Of a DNA stretch of 64,000 nt, positions 1 through 12,899 are shown piece after piece (the first letter of the stretch is position 1; the number at the start of each line of letters is the position of its first letter). The position numbers and the translations under genes are program-made. The notes under the pieces were generated by a model, which did not search any database, was not told the origin of the DNA, and was given only the letters and a program-made list of their open reading frames with translations. Source of the stretch: Malacoraja senta (lineage: Eukaryota); NCBI GenBank assembly GCA_038087875.1, contig CM075988.1, positions 16,432,001 through 16,496,000 on the forward strand, given 5' to 3'.

Positions 1-458
1 TATCCAAGCTGAGATCAAATTTAGAATTGAACAGAAATCAATGTGCAAGAGGCTGAGCCTTAACCAATTGACTTTTATTTTTCAAAATACAGGTATCACT
101 GCCAAGCAATCTACTTTGCCAAATAGGATCTAACCATTAATCACACACTGTTTCTGCAACTCATATCTGGTTCTTAACCTGAATATTCTGGAGCATAATT
201 CACTAATTATTACCAAATGCCCTATTTTTTTCTTTCAGCTGCTTTTTATTGTTAGGTTACCTTCCTCTCACCGGAAATCCATTATCAAAGCTTCACTATT
301 ATGAACATGTCTTATTAAGTTGCTGTTTAACCTTCTCTGCTGTAAGGAGAATGACCATGACTTCTCTATATACGATCAAAGCTTTCATTCCTGATTCTAT
401 TCCAGCAGATATTTTCCTGGTGTTTTTGCTCTTTTACAATACTACTTAAGTAACAGTG

Positions 459-593
459 GGGTGGAAGATTGCAACCTTCACGTGGTCCGCCCTGTTTTGA
501 CGAATGCAATCAACCTGGCGTGCACAATCAAATAAGATCAAATAGAACAAGTTGTCCTACAACTTTTAGGCTGTGCACGCCATACGCAAGAAG
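459..593 (+). mobile_element. Short retroposon insertion with AAG-repeat tail
   Basis: 11-bp TSD AAGTAACAGTG at 448-458 and 594-604. Confidence 0.75.
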
Positions 594-1170
594 AAGTAAC
601 AGTGATCCACATGGCCAGTGATGTTTTAAATTACTGCACCTCTGTTCTTCATGTCCTCTATCTTCCTTGGCAGAGTCTTATCACAGGTCTGTCTCAGTGT
701 AATTATCACATTTTCAGCTTTGGCATATATTTACAAAGTAGTTAAAACATAACAGGCATTTGTGTCCAACATGTGTGTGTAAGTGAACGCCTCTGCTCTC
801 TTCAACTGAACACCATCTACCTCTTTTCCTTCAGGTGCTTATCTGGTTTCCCTTTAAATGCTAATAATCTCACCTATTTCTGGTTCCACGTGTTTACCGC
901 TTTTATGGATGGCTTAGTAACTAGCCCACATTTATAGTTGCTGCTTCTGGTCCTGCCTGCAAATCTAATTTTCTATACCTACTCCATCAAAGCATTCTAT
1001 TTCAAATTACCCTAACAGGCCTTTCATCAGGAAGAACTGTCCACGTCCATTAATCTTTCCTGATAACTACTCAGTTCTGGTGCCTATCATCACCCTTCTC
1101 TCCCTGCCTGACTCATTTACCAATCATTATAAGTTCATAGGTGAAAGGAGCAGAATTAGGCCATTCAGCC

Positions 1171-1383
1171 TGTAGACAGACTCCAGACACGCTATGTGAT
1201 CCAAAATCATCTTTAATCAACACTTGAACTTTAACACCATGAAGGATGGTTAGATGTCAGAACATGCCAACTGCTGCTCAAACTGAGTAGTGCCAGAAGC
1301 AAGTGTTAATATAAACGTTATAGTGAGGTGGGGTTAGTGATGCTAACTATATGTGATTGGTTAACATGCATAATCAATCTACA
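1171..1383 (-). mobile_element. Solo LTR inserted in a CR1 3' UTR fragment
   Basis: TGTAGA...TCTACA termini; 5-bp TSD CAGCC; minus-strand TATA-like and ATTAAA signals. Confidence 0.82.
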
Positions 1384-3425
1384 CAGCCCATCAAGTCTAC
1401 GGCGCCATTCAATCGTGGCTTATCTGCCTTTCCCTTCCAACCCCATTCTCCTGCCTCGTGCGCCTAACCCCTGACACCCTTGCTAATCAAGAAGCCCCTC
1501 CTTACCTGGATCTGCCTATCTTTTGCCAGTTCTTGCCCCATCCATACCTTCACATAGTGCAAATGAAGTTTAGACTGTGACTTACAGGAAACCCACATCT
1601 GATGGTGTTCCTCCTTATCTGCTAGCTCAAGTCCTGGTGGATGATAGAGGCTGACTGTTTAGGAGATGTGGGAGACAACTTACCAAGGTGCTGCAGTGTA
1701 TTTTATAGATTATATGTACTGCAGCTACAGTGTTGGGTGTGGATAATTAAGAAGATTGCTGGAATGCTAATGAAGCAGACACTCGGAACTGCAGATACTG
1801 ATTTCCAAACAAAGACATAAAGTGCTGGGGTAACTTAACTAATCAGGCAACGTCTCTGGAGAACATGGATAGGCGACTTTCCGGGTCAGGACCCTTCTTC
1901 AGACTCACCTGTCCCTGTTCTCCGCCGATGCTGTCTGGAACTGCTCAGTTACTTCAGCACTTTGTTTCTGCTAATGAAGCAGGCAGTTTTGCCAGGGATG
2001 GTGTCATCGGTCAGCACCGGCGGCAACCTACGAGAACCTACGACCTTATGTGTTTGGTTGTGTGATCTCACAGCTTTCAATTCTTAAACTTCTTTCCACA
2101 GCCTTTCTCTGTGATATAAAAACAGAAATAAGTAAAACATGGACCATTGTAAAACCCAACATTATTCCTCTGCACACACCTTGATGTTGCCACACTTACT
2201 TTCTCCAACATTAACTTACAATAGACCCTTCACTGACACATTAGCAAGAAACAAATTGATCAAAACTTGCCGGATGTTTGCCCATGACGTCTTGATTATG
2301 TTCTGTGAATTGTAACAACTAGAAATTGGCACCAGAGCATCTAGTTTTTAGGAACTTCAATTTGGATCATTGCAATGTCTCAGATAACATTTGAATTGCT
2401 GCTGTATTACTGTGGACGGACGTCTCCCTCAAGTGGTGTCAGTATTTCATTGCACCATTCGATACATCTACCAAAGTAATCCACAGCTTTCTTGGGAGAT
2501 CCAAATTGACATATTTATCACACGCAAAAAGTGCACTTTCCGAGGTTTAATGTGCCTTGTGCGACTACACTACAAAGCCAATGGTCTGGGCTCTCTGGGT
2601 GGTCATTGTAAAATGTTGTCTTTATAGGTATTTCTTAAGATCTTGAATCAGTGTTGATTCTGTACCACAGGGTTTCTTTTGGTATTTGATTTTAATACGT
2701 TGGTTCCTTGTCCACGCCCTTAGATGCGTGCCCTCGTTCGTGAGTACAGTTGATATTTATAACATACCATTGTTCAAGCTCCATTATTTGGTGTGGTTGA
2801 GTTGTGAACCCGACTGAAATTTGGCGTTGATGTGTCATTAGTGTGCCCTGACTAACCATTTTGTAGCTTCTGTTCACAGAAGACTGCTGCCGGCTCTCCT
2901 GATGGGTTGTTGTTCACCCGGTACGAGCCTCTGGGTTACAGCATCCTTACAGCATTCATTGCGAGCTGCCTGAGAGTTTTTTTCTTGAACGTCCTACCAG
3001 GGACTTTCGAGTGTGGTGATCGGGAGTGGCTATGTTCTTTGTTTCTGGCTCCAGTCTGGTCTTAGTTACTGGTCCATGAACATGTCTATGGTCAGCCGTG
3101 TCGTGAAGTTGGAGACCTATTTTGCGAGTGTCTTAAAATGGCTTATTTTCAGGTATTCCACAGCTCGTCCTTTTGATTTTGTTTTTGTTTGGTCAGATGT
3201 TTGTATCTGACTTCCAAGGATAGTCTTTTTCTGATGACGGCTGATGGTATTTGCACTTCCAGTCTTGGAAGGCTCAGTCTTCCATCTAAGTTCCGTGCAT
3301 GAAGGATATCGTCTGGGGTCTCACTCGGCAAGTGGAGGATCTCTCACCGTTTTCTTTATTAGATTTCTGGGAGGCTTTCGTAAGGATAAAGTGGAAATAT
3401 AGGTTCGGGACCTCGTGAGGCCTAA

Positions 3426-4055
3426 TGGGCCTGTCCCACGTAAGCGACTTTTTAGGCGACTAAAGGAGACTATGCGGTCGCCACATGTTCGTTGCCGGGG
3501 AGTCGCCTTCATGGTCGTGAGTAGTTCCCGCATTCTTGGAACTGGCCAAGGAAGGAAATCATTTCCTTCTCCTTCATTCTGGTCGCCATGGAGAGTAGTG
3601 GGAAGTGCAGTGGTAGTGTGTCGCCAGGAGGTCGTTGGTTCTCGTAGGTTGTCGCCGGTGCTGACCGGTGAATTTCATTGGCTCATTGGGGACAAAAACG
3701 TAAACCGTACTTTTCAGAACCAAGGATAACCGACCGTGTATCTCTGGCTTCTTAAAAGTTGTCTCCACTCCTTCTCCCCCCTCTTTTAAAGGACTTAAGT
3801 GACCCTTCCCGTACACTATGCTTTCACCATCTTAATTACAGCGCCAACCTTCCTGTTCATCATGGTGTGTGTCTGTATAACATTGGGTTTACACCGTGTG
3901 AATTTCACTTAAACAGCGCTCCCCCCCCACTTGCCCTGTCCCCGCCTACTAACTGGCAATGTGTGTGTGTGTTCCACTCTGACAGTCGCCGGGTTTTCAG
4001 TAACCGGCCACTACTTGACAGTCGCCTAAAAAATCGCTTAAGTGGGACAGGCCCA
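3426..4055. mobile_element. Harbinger-type MITE
   Basis: TAA TSD; TIR TGGGCCTGTCCCAC. Confidence 0.88.
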
Positions 4056-4305
4056 TAAGTGTCTCAATCCTTTGCAATGGTTTCGACTCTAGATTTAGCT
4101 GTTGCTTCATGGCCAATTACAAAACCCAAGTTAAACCAACTAGCTTTAAGAAAAAACCCAAATGTTGGTGGGGGTTTTTAGGCTGCCAAGCGATTTATCG
4201 AACTTGGAGTACTAGTTCTCTTCACTAGTTCCAGACCAGGGATCAATACGTGCACTAAGGTATTTCTAAATCTCCCCTGGATTTATGTATTCGATTGAGC
4301 CCTAA

Positions 4306-4861
4306 AGGGCCTGTCCCACTTGGCTGTCTTTCGCGCGCCATTTATGCGACCTGCTAGCACGTGGGTAGCGCGGGGACGGGCGCATGGAGAAGTGTGGACT
4401 TCGTCCTGAACGAAATCTTCTCCCGCCATCGGCCTGTCGCGTAACTGACGGCCAAAGTTGGACAGGCCCAAGACCCTGGTGCGACGCAACGTCTCACCTC
4501 CAACAGCAGCAGAAGCAGGCAAGTGATCGCCGAGCTCGGCCTGAGGCTCACGGCCTTTCCGGATCCGCCCCCACTCCTACTCCCAGAGCGGGGCCAAGAC
4601 GATTGAAGATAGACACAAAATGCAGGAATAACTGAGCATCTCTGGAGAGAAGGGTCTCGACCCGAAACATCATCCATTCCTTCTCTCCAGAGATGCTGCT
4701 GGTCCCGCTGAGTTACTCTTGCATTTTGTGTCCATCTTCAAATGACGTCACGTGCTCCAGACGGCTGTGTGGGCGCATGACGCGCGCGACTCACGAGGAC
4801 CGTCGCACGGCTGTCACTACCGGCCTGTCGCGTAAGTGACGGCCCAAGTGGGACAGGCCTT
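4306..4861. mobile_element. Harbinger-type MITE with an internal copy of its right end and a nested Penelope palindrome
   Basis: TIR AGGGCCTGTCCCACTTGG; TAA/TAT flanks; extra end copy at about 4430-4469; palindrome at about 4605-4741. Confidence 0.8.
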
Positions 4862-5279
4862 TATTTATTAACCAGTTGTTTAAAGGGTTGAAGACATATG
4901 TCTTCCTTTTGCTGACCATGTGGAAGCTCTTGGTCATTCTCACATTAATTTCCAGCCCCGTATGCATGCAGAATGTTTGCAGGATTTTCAATCATACCTT
5001 TACATGAATCACTAAGGATTGCACTATCTTCTGCGAAGGTTAGAGCTGCACAGCTAACCTGTTCTCCATTTTTCAAAAGCACTCCTTGTCCTTTCTTCTG
5101 GAATGTACAAATCAAAGAGTCCAATGTGATATTGAATAGGTTCAGATACAGGATCCCCTTGTTTGACTCCTCTGTTTATCAAGTTGGGCTTTGTTTTTTC
5201 TCTGCCGGGTTTGACCACGGTTGTTGTTTCTGCATATAGATCATATTAGAGAAAGGCCTTGTTGTTGTTTCAGCATATA

Positions 5280-6896
5280 CAGTGGCTTGCAAAAGTATTC
5301 ATACCCCTTGAACTTTTCTACATTTTGTCACGTTACAACTACAAACGTAAATGTATTTTATTGGGATTTTATGTGATAGACCAACACAAAGTGGCGCATA
5401 ATTGTGAAGTGGAAGGAAAATGATACATGGTTCTCAATTTTTTTTAACAAATAAAAAACTGAAAAGTGTGGCGTGCAAAAGTATTCAGCCCCCTTTACTC
5501 TGATACCCCTAAATAAAATCCAGTGCAACTAATTGCCTTCAGAAGTCACCTAATTAGTAAATAGAGTCCACTTGTGTGTAATCTAATCTCAGTATAAATA
5601 CAGCTGTTCTGTGAAGGCCTCAGAGGTTTGTTAGAGAACATTAGTGAACAAACAGCATCATGAAGCCCAAGGAACGCACCAGACAGGTCAGGGATAAAGT
5701 TGTAGAGAAGTTTAAAGCGGGGTTAGGTTATAAAAAAATATCCCAAGCTTTGAACATCTCACGGAACACTGTTCAATCCATCATCCGAAAATGGAAAGAG
5801 TATGGCACAACTGCAAACCTACCAAGACATGGCCGTCCACCTAAACTGACAGGCCGGGCAAGGAGAGCATTGAACAGAGAAGCAGCCAAGAGGCTCATGG
5901 TAATTCTGGAGGAGCTGCAGAGATCCACAGCTCAGGTGGAAGAATCTGTCCACAGGACAACTATTAGTCGTGCACTCCACAAATCGGGCCTTTATGGAAG
6001 AGTGGCAAGAAGAAAGCCATTGTTGAAAAAAAGCTATAAGAAGTCCCGTTTGCAGTTTGCCACAAGCCATGTGGGGGACACAGCAAACATGTGGAGGAAG
6101 GTGCTCTGGTCAGATGAGACCAAAATTGAAGTTTTTGGCCTAAATGCAAAACGCTATGTGTGGCGGAAACCTAACACTGCACATCACCCTGAACACACCA
6201 TCCCCACTGTGAAACATGGTGGTGGCAGCATCATGCTGTGGGGATGCTTTTCTTCAGCAGGGACAGGGAAGCTGGTCAGAGTTGGTGGGAAGATGGATGG
6301 AGCCAAATACAGGGCAATCTTGGAAGAGAACCTGTTAGAGTCTGCAAAAGACTTGAGACTGGGGCGGAGGTTCACCTTCCAGCAGGACAACGACCCTAAA
6401 CATACAGCCAGAGCTACAATGGAATGGTTTAGATCAAAGCATATTCATGTGTTAGAATGGCCCAGTCAAAGTCCAGACCTAAATCCAATTGAGAATCTCT
6501 GGCAAGACTTGAAAATTGCTGTTCACAGACGCTCTCCACCCATATCTGACTGAGCTTGAGCTATTTTGCAAAGAAGAATGGGCAAAAATTTCAGTCTCTA
6601 GATGTGCAAAGCTGGTAGAGATACCCCAAAAGACTTGCAGCTGTAATTGCAGCGAAAGGTGGTTCTACAAAGTATTGACTCAGGGGGGCTGAATACTTTT
6701 GCACGCCACACTTTTCAGTTTTTTATTTGTAAAAAAATTTGAAATCCATGTATCATTTTCCTTCCACTTCACAATTATGCACCACTTTGTGTTGGTCTAT
6801 CACATAAAATCCCAATAAAATACATTTACGTTTGTGGTTGTAACGTGACAAAATGTGGAAAAGTTCAAGGGGTATGAAAACTTTTGCAAGCCACTG
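5280..6896 (+). mobile_element. Full-length Tc1/mariner DNA transposon (IR/DR type, Passport-like)
   Basis: TA target duplication; about 210-bp TIRs starting CAGTGGCTTGCAAAAGTATTCA, with inner direct repeat GCAAAAGTATTCAGCCCC; 1617 bp. Confidence 0.97.
5660..6678 (+). pseudogene. Tc1 DD34E transposase, frameshifted near the C-terminus
   Basis: 297-aa ORF with HTH region, GRPPK, WSDETK, QQDNDPKH and SPDLNPIENLW; the remaining C-terminus (ELELFCKEEWAKI...GGSTKY) follows in shifted frames after about 6540 and 6620. Confidence 0.93.
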
Positions 6897-7096
6897 TAGA
6901 TCTTATTAGAGGTCTATAAACTTTCGTGGCAATCACATTCTTTCTAGTGACTTAAGCAAATGTGTCCAACAGAATTGAATGCTTTGGCCAAATCAGTGAA
7001 GGCGATTGTCAGTTCTTTATTTGTCTTCTTGACCCGATTCATGATGCGCCCAGGTGTTAAGAAGATTCACCTTCATCGGGAGTCATTCCTTACTAA

Positions 7097-7301
7097 AGGG
7101 CCTGTCCCACTTTCACGACCTAATTCACAACCTTTTTTACTTGTGGACATTTTTCGTCATGTTGAAAAAACGCCCCGACCTACTTGATGCCACGAGTACC
7201 TACGACTAGCATCACGACCTACCGACGACCTCGTGACGACCATGCTGCGAGTATGAGTCAAGGGCAAACTCGGCAGAGGTCGTGAAAGTGGGACAGGCCC
7301 T
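7097..7301. mobile_element. Harbinger-type MITE
   Basis: TAA TSD; TIR AGGGCCTGTCCCACTTTCACGACC. Confidence 0.9.
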
Positions 7302-8019
7302 TAAATGATAGGGGCATCTCACAAAAATGTGATTTTATCTTAAAGCTACTTATAATTACCTGGGTGTTATTATAAAGCAACAGCCAATCTCAGAGAAAGG
7401 TACTCACAATGTTATTGGTGTGGATGTGATCCAAGTAACTGAGCAATCAATAACAGTTTTGAATTCTCGAGAATGGTAAAACAGTATTATTAGCTAATTT
7501 TTAATTCACTTCAAACATTTTGCAGAAAGTAAAATAAAGATTAGAAGCATACACATGAAATTAAAACAGATCCTAAACATTTAAAACTGGAATTGTGAAA
7601 TTATTGGCCGAGGAAATGATAGTTCACAAAAGATTAGAGGTTTAAGGTCAGAGATGTTGGTAAATAGTAATTATGGCTTACTATGCTGTTTAAAACTCAC
7701 ATCTCAATCAACAACGTAACATTTTTAGGGTATTTTACAGCCAGAATAGTTGGCACACATTTGGAGATCCTATCAATTTATGATTATACTGGAAAACCCA
7801 GCAACCAAGCTTCCTGTAGACACAAGTTATCTCAGAGAGTGAGGTCTGGAGTTCCTACCTAATTACACGTGGTTTCTCCAGCTGTTGCTGTGAAGCTTTC
7901 TCCCTGATAATGGTGAGCACTGAGAGCCTCGTTGTTATTCTCAAAGCAAATTCTGGTTCTTTGTTTTATCAATTTGTCTTGTGTATGAATGGTAGAGTAA
8001 GTACCATATGATTTCTTCA

Positions 8020-8216
8020 AAAATGAGGGAATTATCCCTGGCATCCTGGCAAATATTTATCACCATTAATATCACAAAAACAGATTATTTAATCATTCTC
8101 ACATTTCTGTTTGCTGTGTGTAAAATGGCTGCTGTGTTTCCTACAACTGTAATTGTTTATTTTTGTAAAACATCTCTGCACTCAGAGATTGTAAAAGGCA
8201 TAATATAAATGTAAGA
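8020..8216 (+). mobile_element. Old DeuSINE-like fragment
   Basis: CCTGGCAAATATTTATC...AAACAGATTATTTAATCATT...AAATGGCTGCTGTGTTTCC resembles the Deu domain; a related copy lies at about 30260-30440(-). Confidence 0.55.
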
Positions 8217-9189
8217 CTTATTGGTTGACAAAATCTGAAATGTATGTTATTTCATGTATAAATACATGTATACACATTAGAATACCAGATTAAATCATGT
8301 TAATGTTATCACATTTTTAAATCTATGTTGTGCTTTTCATAATTATTGTAGCAAAATTAAAATAAATCATTAATTTTAACTCATCACTATTGTTGCACAC
8401 TTATTAAAACAATTAGTACTGGATGTCAGTGCTGTTCAATTGAAATTGGAGATTGATTGCCTAAATATGCCGGCGTTAGATAGTGTGTATGAATCGTGTG
8501 AGATTTGTGGGTACCTTTTTAATAGCAATGGGTGAATGTTCGTTGAATAATTAATGTCTCAGGTTATCTTGGTACATAATCGCAGGATCTTGCGGAGAGC
8601 ATAAACAGGGCCTCAGTTTAACATCTCAGGCAGGGGACAGTGTTGCACAGAGTGTCAACTGATTGCAAAGGCTGTAGACTTGCAAGTGTTCTCTGCTGCA
8701 TCATGGCTGACTCAGTGCAACAATGCTCCATGGAAGACTTTTTACTCCTAAAGGACAATCCCAAATGCCATATTTTCTTGCTTTAAAATTCAACAAACAA
8801 TTGTTTAAAAAAAAGGCTTTGTTGCATAGTCAGAATCAGGGGTAGAAGTCAATACTGATATGGTATCCCCCATCAAGCAAATTCAATGCAAAGTGATGAT
8901 GTCTGTTTCTAAATTCTCAATATGAAAATCTCTGGGAAGGACAAAATTAATTCTCATCTCTAGAATATAATAGTCATTTCTGATTAGTTGCATCATTACC
9001 TGATAATTGACTGAATGTACAGTCTTTAAATGGCCCGTCTAATTGAAATGCTGGCACAATAGCTGAGGTTTGTAGCAATGCCTTTCAAAACATACAATTA
9101 AGAATACATACAGATTATTCTGCTGAGAAAACATTACACAGTTGCCTCAGAAATGTCTTCTCCTTCGTGAACTATGGCTTTGTCTCGAC

Positions 9190-9900
9190 TGCATTCTTTA
9201 AATTTCCTACAATTCTGTCTTCTCCTTACATTCCACCACGACAATCTCAGCATTCACCTCTCCTTCGCACTTTCCACCAGCTCCAACAAAATCCCACCAC
9301 CAGATTTACCCACTCAGGCGGCACAGTGGTATAGTTGCTGCTTTACAGCGCCAGTCACTCGGGTTCCCTAATTTGTAGGTTAGAACTAGTGTATGGGTGA
9401 TTGCTGGTTGGCACGGACGCGGTGGGCCGAAGGGCCTGTTTCCACACTGTATCACTAAACTAAAGTCTTCTGGCATTTTGAAAGAATCACTCCACTCTTC
9501 CATTCCATCCCTAGCACTCCCAATTTTATTGGCACCTTCCCATACAATTGCAGGAAAAGCAATGTCTTTCACTTTCTCCCTTCCCGCCTCCAAGAAACAC
9601 CGATTCACGTACTTCAAATGTAGTTGATTGTATTCACTGTTCACCATGTGGCCTTGTTCATATTGAAGAAACCAAACTCATATTGGTTGATCACTTTGCT
9701 GGGCACCTGCATTCATTCTGCATTCATTGACCCTAAGCTTGCTGTTGCTGAGCACTTTAATTCATCATTCCACTCCCATTCTAATCATTCTTTGTATGAC
9801 CTGCACTGTTACAATGAGGGCCAGTGCAAGTCTCCACAACCCTGATTCTTTCTTGGCATGTTACAGCCTTTGGGATGTAGTCTCCAGTTCTACAACTTCA
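9190..9900 (+). mobile_element. Decayed Penelope-like element (GIY-YIG endonuclease region), interrupted by a SINE
   Basis: TSNVVDCIHCSPCGLVHIEETKLILVDHFAGHL...LAVAEHFNS is a degenerate GIY-YIG domain with the Cys/His motif. Confidence 0.8.
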
Positions 9901-10013
9901 GCGACTCACTCTGCCTTTCGGTATCAGAAGTAGCTATATCTGCATTTTTCATTGTGGTTCCGTTTTTATTTTATTTGTACAATTTAATCTGCTGGGTTTG
10001 TCCCACAGACTTA

Positions 10014-11860
10014 AAGGGCTGTCTCACTGTGCGAGTTGACCCACGAGTGACCCCGAGTTTAAAACAAATTTAACTCGTGGTAATCACGTACAATTAACGT
10101 AGCGGGAACTTTGAAACTCGTGGACGCAACTTGGCGACTCTTGGCGCTAACGGGAGGTACACGTGAAACTTGTAAACTCTTGCAAAAGTTCAAACATGTT
10201 TGTACTTTTCCACGAGTAAAATGTACTCTTGTGGTTAAAATTTGAAACATTTTAAACTCGTTGTAAGAACCTAGTGGCCCGTGCGTTTAACTTTGTGACT
10301 CGTGAGTCTACCGTGGGAACTCTTTTTAGAAACTATAATCAGGGACAGAAATATCAGCTACTTAGACTTTTTAAAGACAAATTCTGCTTAACAAAGTTAA
10401 GCAAGTTATTGATAAGGTGACAGAGTGGGTTGAAAAGAAAAAAATTGCTTGAAGTTTATATATAAATTTGTGTTGTGTTGTGTTGTGTTGAAAAGCTTTT
10501 TGCTGATCCGTTTGATTCTCACTGTTTGTTTACTTCATTGCACAATAAAAGAGAGTTATTTGCTATCAAGATCAAATTGATGCCTGGAAGTCTTCATTTT
10601 AATATCACTACAAAGTCTCATGACTTGAATGTAATATTCCTTTCATCATAAAACACAAAATAGAGGAAGGCAAAATATATTCACATCTTGATTCTCGCAA
10701 TCATTTGTGAGATTTAAGGACAGCTGCCTCATATGCTGTGCTTTTTAAATGTTTAAAATTGTCACCTCTCAGTAGATCAGAAAATAAGACAAAGTCTTAT
10801 GTGAAACAAATGTCTTGAATGTGAAACAAAGTCTTTATTCTTGTTCAATATAAAAAACGCTTTTTTGCGCATATTGAGAAATATGCGTAATTTCCTGCAA
10901 ACCCATATCACGGTGAAGCACCACAGCAAACAACACAGTGGTCTGAAAAAGGGCTTCTCATACATGAAAATCAACAAATGAAGCACAAATAAAAGTATTT
11001 CCACTATATACTAATTCAGCTGAGAAATGCACTAGTCTAAATTCAGGCAATAAAAGATACAATGCAATGCGCTAAATGACAAGTTTTGAGATCTACAATC
11101 AGATAAGCAGATGCATGATAACCACGTTTTAAAGGAAAGACAGATGCAATGAAATTACTTTTACACCACAATAAAAAATAAAATCCACACTTAAAGTTAA
11201 ACAATGAAAAGTCAGCAGGATTTAAACTAAACATGAAATTAACTGGATTTTTCTGTATGTGGGCTCTCCTCATGCAGTGATGTACCTGTGGTCGGCAGCC
11301 GCTCAAAATAAGCTGTCCTGCCACGGCACACTGCCCAATTCTGAATTATAGTAGGAGCAGAGATGGTCTCTGCTCTTTTGCACTGTTGGTCCCCGTGTTA
11401 CCTCGAAAACACTGCAGTGGCACCAAAGTCTCATCGTTTGTACCACTCCTCCACGCACCTAGTGTTATTCTCCCTGTTTGACTGTCCACTAAGTCACTGT
11501 CCTGCATGGCTGTTGCTGATCCTGAAGCTGCACCTCTGATACGGATCAGGTTGTGCAGAACACATGCAGCAAACACAATAGTCTCTACGTTCTTTGGCTG
11601 GCATGACATCATTTTTTGAACATGTGATAATTTTTCAACACTTCGATATACATTGTTGCCTCAAGATTAACGGGAGAGGAACTTGGTACACTCGGGAGAC
11701 GAACTTGGAACATCGCAGAAATGAGAAGTAAACGGGAAACTTAGACATACCCGTGGGAACTCGGTTAAACTCTGGATCATAAACTTGTAGTCTCGTACGC
11801 AACCACGAGTCTTTCACTCGGGGTCACTCGTGGGTCAACTCGCACAGTGAGACAGACCTT
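10014..11860 (-). mobile_element. PIF/Harbinger internal-deletion derivative with transposase remnant
   Basis: TTA target duplication; about 40-bp TIRs AAGGGCTGTCTCACTGTGCGAGTTGACCCACGAGTGACCC; ORF 11346-11612 contains IVFAACVLHN, the Harbinger transposase C-terminal motif. Confidence 0.9.
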
Positions 11861-12899
11861 TTAGCATTACACAGAGAAAGCACATAACTGGTCTTAATTG
11901 TCACATTTGCTCAGTTGGTCTCACCCTATCGATAATATTTCATTTGTTCTTCCCATTTCCGCCATTCCTTCCCACTGGTTCAACCTCCATCTTCTGTGTA
12001 AACTAGCACTAACTCATTAATGGAGACACAAGAGACTGCAGATGCTTGAATCTTGAGCAGAACACTAAGTGCTGGAGGAACTCGGCGAGTCAGGCAGCAT
12101 CTGTGGAGAGAATGGGCAGATGACTTTTTGGATCAGGACCCTTTTTTCAGATAATTTACTAACGTATTTTCTCTCTTTCCTAGTTCTGACAAAGGGTCTT
12201 GGCCCCCAAACATTAACGCTACTTCTCTCCCCACAGATGTTGCTAGGCCTGCTGATGGTTTGCAGCATTTTCTGTTTTTATATTTGCCAGTTCCTTTCGA
12301 TAACCTGACTGTCACTGTGGAATTTCTTTCTAGAGGATATGCCATTTCCCACAAATACTTTCCCATGTCATAAAATTTGCTTTCGCATGTCCATCTTGAA
12401 ATTGAGGACTGCCCATTTTCAGGTTCAGAGTTTCTCAAAGGGGAACATCTTGAACCAGTTCAATGAAAGTTTTATTTTTCACTAGAGGGCAGTGCATTTT
12501 GATGAATTCTGAAGTTGCCAATATCCCGATCAACACTAGGTGGCAATTCACTCCAATTTGAAGCCCTTCCCATACCATCCTGAGTCAGATGTTCAAAGGC
12601 AATTCTTGATGCTAACTGGAATACTTAAAAAGATTTATAAGCAAAACCAAAGCTGGAGGAACTCAATGGGTCAGGCAGCATCTGTGGAAGTAAAGGACAG
12701 ATGACTTTTTGGGTTGGAATGGCATTAAAAGCACATGATAAGAAGGAGCAATTACTAAAAGTGGAGAGGAAATTAGTTCTGCTGAGTATAGGAATGAACA
12801 TATACATACGTTGGACTTTTGAATTGAATAATTGTATGGGAGCTTGTTTTTTTTAATGTTGGAGTGTCTATTTGATGGGTGTTCCTAACCCAGGGCTGT

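Larger units (their letters stand above)
2690..7096 (-). mobile_element. Decayed R2-like (RLE-type) non-LTR retrotransposon, split by nested insertions
   Basis: Minus-strand RT motifs in the expected order: AFTDLAKAFNSVGH (about 6960-7005), GVKQGDP (about 5150), LTFAED (about 5030), TGLEINV (about 4950), KYLSARIDPWSG (about 4230-4265), PSETPDDILHARNLDGRLSLPRL (about 3260-3330). Confidence 0.8.
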
